DNA of 37,659 nucleotides. Origin: Burkholderiales bacterium (GTDB lineage Bacteria > Pseudomonadota > Gammaproteobacteria > Burkholderiales > SG8-39). The notes beneath the pieces were generated by a model, which saw only the letters and a list, made by a program, of their open reading frames with translations, did not search any database and was not told the DNA's origin. Shown here piece by piece: positions 20,064-29,410 of the stretch (the first letter of the stretch is position 1; the number at the start of each line of letters is the position of its first letter). The position numbers and the translations under genes are program-made. The stretch spans positions 1-37,659 of the forward strand of contig DATFEI010000008.1 of NCBI GenBank assembly GCA_035251315.1, given 5' to 3'.

Positions 20064-21175
20064 TGGAACTCGCGCGCCTGCCCGTCCAGCGCGTCGCCCT
20101 TCGGCTCATCGAAGGCATCGACAGCACGCTTCTCATCGTCATCCTGGCGCTTTCCATGCTCGGCTTCGCGGCGCTGTTCTCCGCAAGCTACGACGCGCCG
20201 GGCCGGGTGCTTAGCCAGCTCGTGAGCCTCGGCATCGCGCTCGTCGCCATGTGGATCACCGCGCAGATCCCACCGCAGACGCTGATGCGCTTCGCCGTGC
20301 CGGCGTATGTCGTTGGCCTGGTGCTACTCGTGATGGTCGCGCTCTTCGGCGACGTGGTGAACGGCGCGCGGCGCTGGTTGCACGTAGGCGTGACGCGCTT
20401 CCAGCCCTCGGAGATGATGAAGCTTGCGCTGCCGCTTATGCTCGCGTGGTACTTCCATCGCCGAGAGTCGACGCTGCGTCTGCGCGACTTCGCCCTAGCT
20501 GCCCTGCTGCTCGCGGTGCCTTTAGGCCTGATCGTGCGTCAGCCCGACCTCGGCACCGCGGCGCTTGTGGGCGCCGCCGGTTTCTATGTCATCTTCTTCG
20601 CGGGCCTCAGCTGGAAGGTGCTTGGCGGGCTCGCCGGGCTTTTCGTCGTCGCCCTGTTCCCGCTCTGGGGATTGCTGCACGACTATCAACGCAGGCGGGT
20701 GCTTACCCTTCTCGATCCGACCCAGGACCCGCTCGGAGCGGGCTATCACATCATCCAGTCCACCATCGCGGTCGGCTCGGGCGGCATCTCCGGCAAAGGC
20801 TGGCTGAACGGTACCCAGGCGCACCTGGAGTTCATCCCGGAGCGCCACACCGACTTCATTTTCGCGGTGTATTCCGAAGAGTTTGGACTAATCGGCAATC
20901 TCGTGCTCCTCGCGCTTTATGCACTGCTCATCGGCCGCGGCCTGGTGATCGCCGCGAACGCCGCCACGCTTTTCGCGCGTCTTCTTGCCGGCTCGGTAAG
21001 CCTGATGTTTCTTACCTATGCCTTCGTCAACATGGGCATGGTGTCGGGCATTCTCCCGGTCGTCGGGGTGCCGCTTCCCTTCCTCTCGTACGGCGGCACG
21101 GCGCTGCTTACACTCTTCATCGGTGCCGGCATCCTCATGACCGTCCAGCGCCACCGCACGCTCGTGCAAAGGTAA
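20063..21175 (+). CDS. rodA: SEDS-family peptidoglycan glycosyltransferase RodA
   Basis: 370-aa polytopic protein with motifs QPSEMMKLALPL, GISGKGWLNGTQ, PERHTDFIFAV and PLPFLSYGGTALL. Its ATG shares 1 nt with the mrdA TGA (TGATG). Confidence 0.93.
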   Translation: MELARLPVQRVALRLIEGIDSTLLIVILALSMLGFAALFSASYDAPGRVLSQLVSLGIALVAMWITAQIPPQTLMRFAVPAYVVGLVLLVMVALFGDVVNGARRWLHVGVTRFQPSEMMKLALPLMLAWYFHRRESTLRLRDFALAALLLAVPLGLIVRQPDLGTAALVGAAGFYVIFFAGLSWKVLGGLAGLFVVALFPLWGLLHDYQRRRVLTLLDPTQDPLGAGYHIIQSTIAVGSGGISGKGWLNGTQAHLEFIPERHTDFIFAVYSEEFGLIGNLVLLALYALLIGRGLVIAANAATLFARLLAGSVSLMFLTYAFVNMGMVSGILPVVGVPLPFLSYGGTALLTLFIGAGILMTVQRHRTLVQR

Positions 21176-21382
21176 ACCGTACCTACCCTCGAGCGTGCGC
21201 GCCAGGTGGCGCGATGCAGCAAAACTTGAAAGAGCATGCCGGATCATGAAATGGCGCTGCCCTAAGCCTATGTAACGCCTTGTTTTTGTAACAGAGAAGT
21301 AGGCCGTATGGCATGTTGCTGCGCGCCATGCGGCGGGGGTAGCTTCGCGGGATTGCCAATCACCTGCTGAGGAACCGTACCG

Positions 21383-22678
<1,296 letters not shown>

Positions 22679-22692
22679 GCCGCGTCCGAGCG

Positions 22693-24465
22693 CTGCGCGA
22701 GCGACGCTCGGGCCTGCCGCTCGAAATCGCGCGCACGATCCTCGAGGGCTTCGACCGCCACTATCGCCTGTTCCGCGAGGCCTCGATCGAGGCGCGGCAG
22801 CTATTCGAGCGTGGCGCCTGGGCCGAGATGCAGGCGATCGCGCGCGAGCGCATCCAGATGTACGACCGACGGGTGGAGGAAGGGGTGCGCGCGCTCCTCG
22901 ATCGCTACCCTGAGGCGGAGGTCGACGAGTCGCTGTGGCCGGCGATCAAGCTTGCCTACATCGGGCTGATCCACGAGCACAAGCAGCCCGAGTGCGCCGA
23001 GACGTTCTATAACTCGGTCGCTTGCGCGGTGCTGCACCGACGCTACTACAACAACGACTTCATCTTCTGGCGCCCGGCGGTGGCCACCGAGCACCTCGAA
23101 GGGGAAGTGCCGACCTACCGCTGCTTCTATCCGCTGAAGCGTGGCTTGCGCTCGACGCTGCGCGAAATCGCCACAAGCTTTGAGCTCACCAATCCCTGGG
23201 AAGATTTGCGCAGGGATGTCCGGCACGTGGTCCGTGCGCTGCGTAATCACTTCCCGCGGCCGACGCGAGCACGGCCCGACCTGCAGATCCAGGTGCTGGC
23301 ATCGCTTTTCTTTCGCAACAAGGGCGCCTACATCGTCGGCCGGATCATCAACGCACAGCGCGAGCTGCCGTTCGCCGTGCCGATTCTGCAGAACGAGCGC
23401 GGGGAGCTTTACCTCGACACGCTGCTCCTCGGCGAAAGCCGGCTGCTCGTGCTGTTCTCCTTCGCGCGCGCCTACTTCTTCGTCGACATGGAGGTGCCGG
23501 CGGCGTATGTGTCGTTCCTGCGCTGGCTGATGCCGAGGAAGCCGCGCGCCGAGATGTACATGGCGGTCGGTCTCGCCAAGCAGGGTAAGACGCTCTTCTA
23601 CCGCGACCTGCACTACCACCTCAAGCACTCGAGCGACCGCTTCGTCATTGCTCCCGGCATCAAGGGGCTGGTGATGCTGGTGTTCACGCTGCCTTCGTTC
23701 CCCTACGTGTTCAAGGTCATCCGCGACCGCTTTGCGCCGCCCAAGGACCTGGAGCGCCAGACGGTGATGGACAAGTACCTGATGGTGAAGCTGCACGACC
23801 GCGTCGGGCGCATGGCCGATACGCTCGAGTATTCGCTGGTCGCGCTTCCGCTGGACCGCTTCAGTCCTGAATTGCTCGATGAGCTTCGCCGCGAATGCGC
23901 CTCCACGGTGGAAATCGACGGCGACAGCCTCGTCCTTGGCCATGTCTACATCGAGCGGCGCATGCGACCGCTCAACATTCAGGTGGAAGAGCTCAAGCGC
24001 GACGGCGATGAAGCGCGGTTGCGCGAGGTATTGCGCGAATACGGCGACGCCATCAAGGAGCTCGCCGGCGCCGGAATCTTTCCGGGCGACATGCTGCTCA
24101 AGAACTTCGGCGTCACGCGGCACGAGCGCGTCGTGTTCTACGACTACGACGAGATCCAGCCGATCACCGACGTCAACTTCCGCCGTATCCCACCGCCCGC
24201 GAGCTACGACGACGAGATCGCCGCCGAGCCCTACTGGCCGGTCGGCCCCCACGACGTCTTCCCCGAGCAATTCGAGCACTTCCTGGTCGGGGATCCGCGC
24301 GCGCGAGCGATATTCTACGCCGTGCACCGCGACCTGCTCGACCCGGAATTCTGGGCGCGCAAGCAGGAGCGCGTGCGCGCCGGTCTGCAGGAGGATGTCT
24401 TCCCCTACCCTGAGGAGATCAGGTTCCCGCGGGAAGGATCTGGACCCGCTTCTGCCGGGACTTGA
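22693..24465 (+). CDS. aceK: Isocitrate dehydrogenase kinase/phosphatase
   Basis: ORF 22828..24465 matches AceK throughout (LFFRNKGAYIVGRI, GLVMLVFTLPSFPYVFKVIRDRF, HDRVGRMADTLEY, YIERRM, FPGDMLLKNFGVTRHERVVFYDYDE). The conserved N-terminal helix LEIARTILEGFDRHYRLFRE is in frame upstream of the first ATG (22828) with no ATG/GTG/TTG available. I therefore extend provisionally to CTG 22693. Confidence 0.88.
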   Translation: MRERRSGLPLEIARTILEGFDRHYRLFREASIEARQLFERGAWAEMQAIARERIQMYDRRVEEGVRALLDRYPEAEVDESLWPAIKLAYIGLIHEHKQPECAETFYNSVACAVLHRRYYNNDFIFWRPAVATEHLEGEVPTYRCFYPLKRGLRSTLREIATSFELTNPWEDLRRDVRHVVRALRNHFPRPTRARPDLQIQVLASLFFRNKGAYIVGRIINAQRELPFAVPILQNERGELYLDTLLLGESRLLVLFSFARAYFFVDMEVPAAYVSFLRWLMPRKPRAEMYMAVGLAKQGKTLFYRDLHYHLKHSSDRFVIAPGIKGLVMLVFTLPSFPYVFKVIRDRFAPPKDLERQTVMDKYLMVKLHDRVGRMADTLEYSLVALPLDRFSPELLDELRRECASTVEIDGDSLVLGHVYIERRMRPLNIQVEELKRDGDEARLREVLREYGDAIKELAGAGIFPGDMLLKNFGVTRHERVVFYDYDEIQPITDVNFRRIPPPASYDDEIAAEPYWPVGPHDVFPEQFEHFLVGDPRARAIFYAVHRDLLDPEFWARKQERVRAGLQEDVFPYPEEIRFPREGSGPASAGT

Positions 24466-24649
24466 GCCCGGAAACGATGCGCACGTTGCGCCGCGGCACC
24501 CCGAAATGCCCGGCGAGGAACTCGATCAGGGCGTCGTTCGCCTTCCCATCGACCGCGCGCGCCTGAAGCCTGACCTTCAGCCGCTCGCCGTGCTTGCCGG
24601 CGAGCTCGGTGCGCGAGGCGCCGGGCTGCACGTGGAGCTCGAGGATCAC
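24419..24649 (-). CDS. yggU: DUF167 (YggU-like) protein
   Basis: Only the C-terminal 76 aa of ORF 24419..25114 look real: VILELHVQPGASRTELAGKHGERLKVRLQARAVDGKANDALIEFLAGHFGV. This matches the YggU core. GTG 24649 forms a GTGA overlap with the yggT stop. The 3' end overlaps aceK convergently by 47 nt. Confidence 0.7.
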   Translation of the reverse strand: MILELHVQPGASRTELAGKHGERLKVRLQARAVDGKANDALIEFLAGHFGVPRRNVRIVSGLKSRQKRVQILPAGT

Positions 24650-25197
24650 ACCGTGGCCGCGGCGACGCGGAGGTTGTTCACCACGATGAGAACTACATAC
24701 AGGATCACGAGAAGAATAAGCGGCGTGAGATCCACGTTTCCTACCGGCGGCACGTAGCGGCGCAAGGGCCGCAGAAACGGCCGGGTGATAGTGTCGAACG
24801 CGGGCGCGAGCGGCGTATAGGGATTCACCCACGACAGCACTGCCTGCACGATTACCGCGAACACCAGGATGTACAGGCTGTAGCGCACAAGGTCGACGAG
24901 CGCGACTGCAGCGATCATGCCGACTCCAGGCTCGGCGCCAAGGAGCGCAGCCTGCAGCCACAAGCCAAGGCCCTGGACCACCCAGGCGAGTAACAGGCTG
25001 GCGAGGTCCAGGCCCGCAAGTCCCGGGATCGCGCCCCTCGCCGGCACGACGATCCAGTTGGTGGTCGCCAGCACGAACTCGCCGACCGGATTGCGAAATG
25101 GCACCCGCAGCCACTGGAAATGAAACCGCGCAAGCAGCATGAAGACGAAGAAGCTCGCCACCGCGTCCACCAGGAAGACGCCGATCTGGGTGAACAT
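24646..25197 (-). CDS. yggT: YggT-family membrane protein
   Basis: I start at ATG 25197 (MFTQIGVFLVDAVASFFVFMLLARF), giving 183 aa (184 codons with the stop). It has the two YGGT repeats and sits in the conserved yggS-proC-yggT position. Confidence 0.85.
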   Translation of the reverse strand: MFTQIGVFLVDAVASFFVFMLLARFHFQWLRVPFRNPVGEFVLATTNWIVVPARGAIPGLAGLDLASLLLAWVVQGLGLWLQAALLGAEPGVGMIAAVALVDLVRYSLYILVFAVIVQAVLSWVNPYTPLAPAFDTITRPFLRPLRRYVPPVGNVDLTPLILLVILYVVLIVVNNLRVAAATV

Positions 25198-25198
25198 G

Positions 25199-26011
25199 TC
25201 AGCCCTTCCCCTGCTCCGCGCCGAGCTCGGTGGCGCGGCGGCTTGCCGCTTCCACTGCGCGCACGAACCGCTCGGCAAGCTTCTCCTCGTCGAAGACCTT
25301 GAGTGCCGCTTCGGTGGTGCCGCCTTTGGAGGTCACATTCCTGCGCAGAGTGGCGGGCGGGTCGCCGCTCGAGGCGGCAAGCTTGGCCGCGCCAAGCACG
25401 GTGTGCAGCGCAAGTTTCATGGAAGTGTCCCTGCTCAAGCCCAGCTTCTCTGCCGTCGCGGCGAGCTGCTCGATGAACCAGAACACGTAAGCCGGCCCGC
25501 TCGCCGAGACCGCGGTCACGGGATCGAGCAGCCGTTCCTCTTCCACCCACACCACCTCGCCGACTGCGGCCAGTATGCTTTGCGCCGCGGCCCTTTCCTG
25601 AGCGCTCACCTCCGGCAGCGCATAGAGGCCAGCGATTCCCGCTCCGATCAGCGCGGGGGTATTCGGCATGCAGCGCACGAGCTTGCGGTGCCCGCCGAGC
25701 CAGCGCGACAGTGTCTCCAGCCTAACACCCGCGGCGATGCTGATGAGAAGCTTGCCTTGAACAGTTCCGCAAATCGGCGCCACGGCGGCTTTCGCGTCCT
25801 GAGGCTTGACCGCGAGCACCAGCACGTCGCAGCGCTGCAGCGCGGCATCCGGCGCGGACGCAATGTGAACCGGGAAGCGCGCGCCGAGGCGTTCGCGCGC
25901 CGACGCGCTAACCTCCACGACCGCGATCGAGCGCGCGTCGGCGCCTTTGGCGATCAGGCCGCCGATCAGCGCGCTCGCCATGTTCCCACCGCCGAGGAAT
26001 GCGATCCTCAC
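25199..26011 (-). CDS. proC: Pyrroline-5-carboxylate reductase
   Basis: 270 aa starting at GTG 26011 (VRIAFLGGGNMASALIGGL, a Rossmann motif), which forms a GTGA overlap with the yggS stop. The C-terminal motif is VTSKGGTTEAAL. The longer ORF-track entry (to 26467) is a shadow extension. Confidence 0.92.
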   Translation of the reverse strand: MRIAFLGGGNMASALIGGLIAKGADARSIAVVEVSASARERLGARFPVHIASAPDAALQRCDVLVLAVKPQDAKAAVAPICGTVQGKLLISIAAGVRLETLSRWLGGHRKLVRCMPNTPALIGAGIAGLYALPEVSAQERAAAQSILAAVGEVVWVEEERLLDPVTAVSASGPAYVFWFIEQLAATAEKLGLSRDTSMKLALHTVLGAAKLAASSGDPPATLRRNVTSKGGTTEAALKVFDEEKLAERFVRAVEAASRRATELGAEQGKG

Positions 26012-26661
26012 GCCGCGCTTTTCTGCAGCCGGGGACCGAAGATCGCGGTCCCGATGCGCACCAGGGTTGCGCCTTCCTCGAGCGCGATGTCGAGGTCCTC
26101 GGACATGCCCATCGAAAGCGTATCGAACGCGAATTCCTCCTTCAGGGAATCGAACGTCCTCTTCACTTCCTGGTAGCGCGAGCGGACGGCGCCGGGTTCG
26201 GGGATCGCCATCAACCCGCGCAGGCGCAGCCGCGGCATCGCTGCGATGGCTTTTGCCAGATCCCTCACTTCGTGAAGCGCAATGCCGCTCTTGCTCTTCT
26301 CTGCCGACACGTTGACCTGTATTAGCACGTTGAGCGGCGCAAGATGCGCCGGGCGCTGCTCCGAGAGGCGCCGCGCGACCTTCTCGTTCGCAATCGTTTG
26401 CACCCAATCGAAGCGCTCCGCTGCAAGGCGCGTCTTGTTCGACTGGAGCGGCCCGATGAGGTGCCATTCCAGCGCCGGCAACTGCGGCATTTTTCGCACC
26501 GCCTCCTGGACGTAATTCTCACCGAAGGCTTTCTGCCCGGCCGCGATCGCTTCCCTGATGCGTTCGACGTCTTGCCCTTTTGAAACTGCCAACAAAGTCA
26601 CTCCCGGACGAGCTGCGATGCGCGTCTTTACAAGTTGCAGGTTGTCTGCAATTGCCGCCAT
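26008..26661 (-). CDS. yggS: YggS-family pyridoxal-phosphate homeostasis protein
   Basis: I start at ATG 26661 (MAAIADNLQLVKTRIA). Motifs: LLAVSKGQ (PLP Lys), FGENYVQE, WHLIGPLQSNK and SMGMSEDLDIALEEGATLVRIGTAIFG. Confidence 0.9.
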   Translation of the reverse strand: MAAIADNLQLVKTRIAARPGVTLLAVSKGQDVERIREAIAAGQKAFGENYVQEAVRKMPQLPALEWHLIGPLQSNKTRLAAERFDWVQTIANEKVARRLSEQRPAHLAPLNVLIQVNVSAEKSKSGIALHEVRDLAKAIAAMPRLRLRGLMAIPEPGAVRSRYQEVKRTFDSLKEEFAFDTLSMGMSEDLDIALEEGATLVRIGTAIFGPRLQKSAA

Positions 26662-26713
26662 AATGCGTTGAACCAGCGAAGAAAAACACTTCGCCGATCC
26701 AGGGAGAATTCTA

Positions 26714-27757
26714 ATGGATCTCACCGAGTTGCTCGCGTTCGTCGTGAAGAACAAGGCTTCCGACCTGCACTTGTCTTCCGGCCTGCCGCCGATGATCCGG
26801 GTGCACGGCGACGTGCGGCGCATCAACGTGCCCCCCATGGAGCACACGGAAGTCCACGCAATGATCTACGACATCATGAACGACGGGCAGCGCAAGTCCT
26901 ACGAGGAGAACCTGGAATGCGACTTCTCGTTCGCGGTGCCGAACCTCGCACGCTTCCGGGTGAACGCCTTCGTGCAGCAGCGTGGCGCCGCCGCAGTGAT
27001 GCGGACCATCCCTTCCAAGATCCTCTCGCTCGATGATCTCAAGGCGCCGAAGATCTTTGCCGAGATCGCCGACCAGCCGCGCGGCCTCGTGCTCGTCACC
27101 GGGCCGACGGGCTCTGGCAAGAGCACCACGCTCGCCGCCATGATCAACCACATCAACGAGAACGAGTACGGCCACATCCTTACCATCGAGGACCCGATCG
27201 AGTTTGTGCACGAGTCGAAGAAATGCCTGATCAACCAGCGCGAGGTCGGGCCGCATACGCTTTCCTTCGCCAACGCGCTGCGCAGCGCGCTGCGCGAAGA
27301 CCCCGACGTGATCCTGGTGGGCGAGATGCGCGACCTCGAGACCATCCGCCTCGCGCTTACGGGCGCCGAAACCGGCCACCTGGTGTTCGGAACGCTGCAC
27401 ACATCCTCGGCGGCGAAGACCATCGACCGCATCGTCGACGTGTTCCCGGCGGCGGAGAAGGAGATGGTGCGCGCGATGCTGTCAGAGTCGATCCGAGCCG
27501 TGATCTCGCAGACGCTGCTCAAGAACAAGGACGGCTCGGGCCGCGTCGCGGCGCACGAAATCATGATTGGCACGCCCGCGATCCGCAACCTTATCCGCGA
27601 GAACAAGATCGCCCAGATGTACTCCACGATCCAGACCGGCCGCCAGACCGGCATGCAGACCCTCGACCAGAACCTGCAGGAGCTGGTACAGCGGAGCGTC
27701 GTCTCCTCGGCGGAGGCGCGCAGCCGAGCGGCCAACAAGGACAATTTCGCGGGTTAG
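26714..27757 (+). CDS. pilT: Type IV pilus retraction ATPase PilT
   Basis: 347 aa with Walker A GPTGSGKSTT, Asp box, Walker B (DPDVILVGEMRD), His box (TGHLVFGTLHT) and the PilT AIRNLIRE motif. An AGGGAGA Shine-Dalgarno lies upstream. Confidence 0.95.
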   Translation: MDLTELLAFVVKNKASDLHLSSGLPPMIRVHGDVRRINVPPMEHTEVHAMIYDIMNDGQRKSYEENLECDFSFAVPNLARFRVNAFVQQRGAAAVMRTIPSKILSLDDLKAPKIFAEIADQPRGLVLVTGPTGSGKSTTLAAMINHINENEYGHILTIEDPIEFVHESKKCLINQREVGPHTLSFANALRSALREDPDVILVGEMRDLETIRLALTGAETGHLVFGTLHTSSAAKTIDRIVDVFPAAEKEMVRAMLSESIRAVISQTLLKNKDGSGRVAAHEIMIGTPAIRNLIRENKIAQMYSTIQTGRQTGMQTLDQNLQELVQRSVVSSAEARSRAANKDNFAG

Positions 27758-27849
27758 GCACGCGGTTGGGCACTATTACAGCGAACGCTCGCGGTTTCCG
27801 GAGTACAACGTGAGCCGCAACGGCGATCTCGCGGGATAGAGAGGAGCCT

Positions 27850-28986
27850 ATGGAACGCGAACAGGCAACGAAATTCATCTACGACCTTCTGCGCGGACTG
27901 GTCGCGAAGAGGGGCTCGGACCTCTTCATCACTGCGGGCTTCCCCCCGGCGATGAAGATCGACGGCCGCGTAACCCCGGTGTCGCAGCAGGCGCTCACCG
28001 GGCAGCACACGGCGATGCTGGTGCGATCGGTGATGAACGACAAGCAGGCCGCCGAGTTCGAGGCGACAAAGGAGTGCAACTTCGCCATCAACCCCACGGG
28101 CATCGGCCGCTTCCGCGTCAACTGCTTCGTGCAGATGCAGCATGTGGGCATGGTTCTGCGCGTCATCACCACTACCATCCCAAACTTCGAGGACCTGAAG
28201 CTGCCGCCGGTACTGAAGGATATCGCGATGACCAAGCGCGGCCTCGTGATCTTCGTCGGCGCCACGGGCTCAGGCAAGTCGACTTCGCTCGCGTCGATGA
28301 TCGGCTACCGCAACGAGAACTCGCACGGCCACATCGTCACCATCGAGGACCCGGTCGAGTACGTCCACCCGCACAAGAACTGCCTCATCACGCAGCGCGA
28401 AGTGGGCGTGGACACCGAGTCCTGGGAGTCGGCGCTCAAGAACACGCTGCGCCAGGCGCCCGACGTAATCCTGATCGGCGAGATCCGCGACCGCGAGGTC
28501 ATGGAGCACGCGATCGCCTTCGCCGAGACCGGCCACCTGTGCCTGGGAACGCTGCACGCCAACAACTCCAACCAGGCCATGGACCGGATCATCAACTTCT
28601 TCCCCGAGGAACGCCGGCCGCAGCTGCTCATGGACCTGTCGCTTAACCTGAAGGCGGTGGTCTCACAGCGGCTGATCCCGCTGCGCGAGGGCAAGGGCCG
28701 CACCGCGGCGGTCGAAATAATGCTCAACTCACCGCTGATTTCCGACCTGATCTTCAAAGGCGAGGTGCACGAAATCAAAGAGGTCATGAAGAAGTCGCGC
28801 GAGCTCGGCATGCAAACCTTCGACCAGGCGCTGTTCGACCTCTACGAGGCCGGACGCATTGGCTACGAGGACGCGCTGCGCTTCGCCGATTCGACCAACG
28901 AGGTGCGCCTCAACATCAAGCTGCAAGGCAAGGAAGCGAAGAGCAAGGACATCACCAAGGGCATCGAGCACCTCGACATCGTCTGA
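27850..28986 (+). CDS. pilU: Type IV pilus ATPase PilU (PilT paralogue)
   Basis: 378 aa with Walker A GATGSGKSTS and the TGHLCLGTLHANN His box. It has the longer PilU-type C-terminus and lies immediately downstream of pilT. Confidence 0.9.
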   Translation: MEREQATKFIYDLLRGLVAKRGSDLFITAGFPPAMKIDGRVTPVSQQALTGQHTAMLVRSVMNDKQAAEFEATKECNFAINPTGIGRFRVNCFVQMQHVGMVLRVITTTIPNFEDLKLPPVLKDIAMTKRGLVIFVGATGSGKSTSLASMIGYRNENSHGHIVTIEDPVEYVHPHKNCLITQREVGVDTESWESALKNTLRQAPDVILIGEIRDREVMEHAIAFAETGHLCLGTLHANNSNQAMDRIINFFPEERRPQLLMDLSLNLKAVVSQRLIPLREGKGRTAAVEIMLNSPLISDLIFKGEVHEIKEVMKKSRELGMQTFDQALFDLYEAGRIGYEDALRFADSTNEVRLNIKLQGKEAKSKDITKGIEHLDIV

Positions 28987-28991
28987 GGTCT

Positions 28992-29349
28992 ATGTACCTT
29001 GACAAGAAGGGACGCGCCGCGTCCCTTTTTTGTTGCCTGCTTTCCTTGAGCGCCTGCGCCTCGGATAGCACTGTACGCGGGCGCTTCTACTGGGGCCACG
29101 AAGTTCGATCGTTTTCAGCCTTGCGAGTTCCGAGAACGCGTATTGGGTCCGGGCCACGGAGCAGACACTGCAGCTAGCGAAGCGCTACGGCGCAGCCGGG
29201 ACAAGCCTTACCCGCCGCTCTACATAGAGGCCGTGGGCGAGATCGACACCGAGTCGAAGCGAGAAGGCTTCGCGCAGAGCTACGACGGCCTGTTCCATCT
29301 GCGCGAAGTGAACCGCGTATCCGACGCCGTGCCGGAGGAGTGCAGCTAG
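28992..29349 (+). pseudogene. Small lipoprotein gene, frame-disrupted (ORFs 28992..29177 and 29143..29349)
   Basis: The first ORF has a good lipoprotein signal (KKGRAASLFCCLLSLSAC, lipobox LSAC) and then decays into low-GC3 codons before a TAG. A second overlapping ORF in another frame continues with GC3-rich codons (DKPYPPLYIEAVGEIDTESKREGFAQSYDGLFHLREV). The third frame carries GC3-rich SSENAYWVRATEQTLQLAKRYGAAG in between. There is at least one indel (T4 run at 29112-29115) and possibly three. Confidence 0.55.
29004..29031 (+). terminator. Rho-independent terminator downstream of pilU
   Basis: GGGACGC (29009-29015) pairs with GCGTCCC (29019-29025) across a 3-nt loop. It is followed by TTTTTT (29026-29031) and preceded by an A-rich tract (AAGAA) that can extend the stem. 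It starts 18 nt after the pilU stop. Confidence 0.6.
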
Positions 29350-29410
29350 AGCTTTCGCTCGTAGAACGCAAAGTGCGTGTGCGGCAGCGGGATATCGGCG
29401 AACACCGCCT

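Noticed and set aside
21309-21323. Sigma-54-like TGGCAT-N-TTGC/CTGC motif upstream of aceA.
   Set aside because: The GG-to-GC spacing is off by at least one nucleotide from the -24/-12 consensus, and the -12 element is poor.
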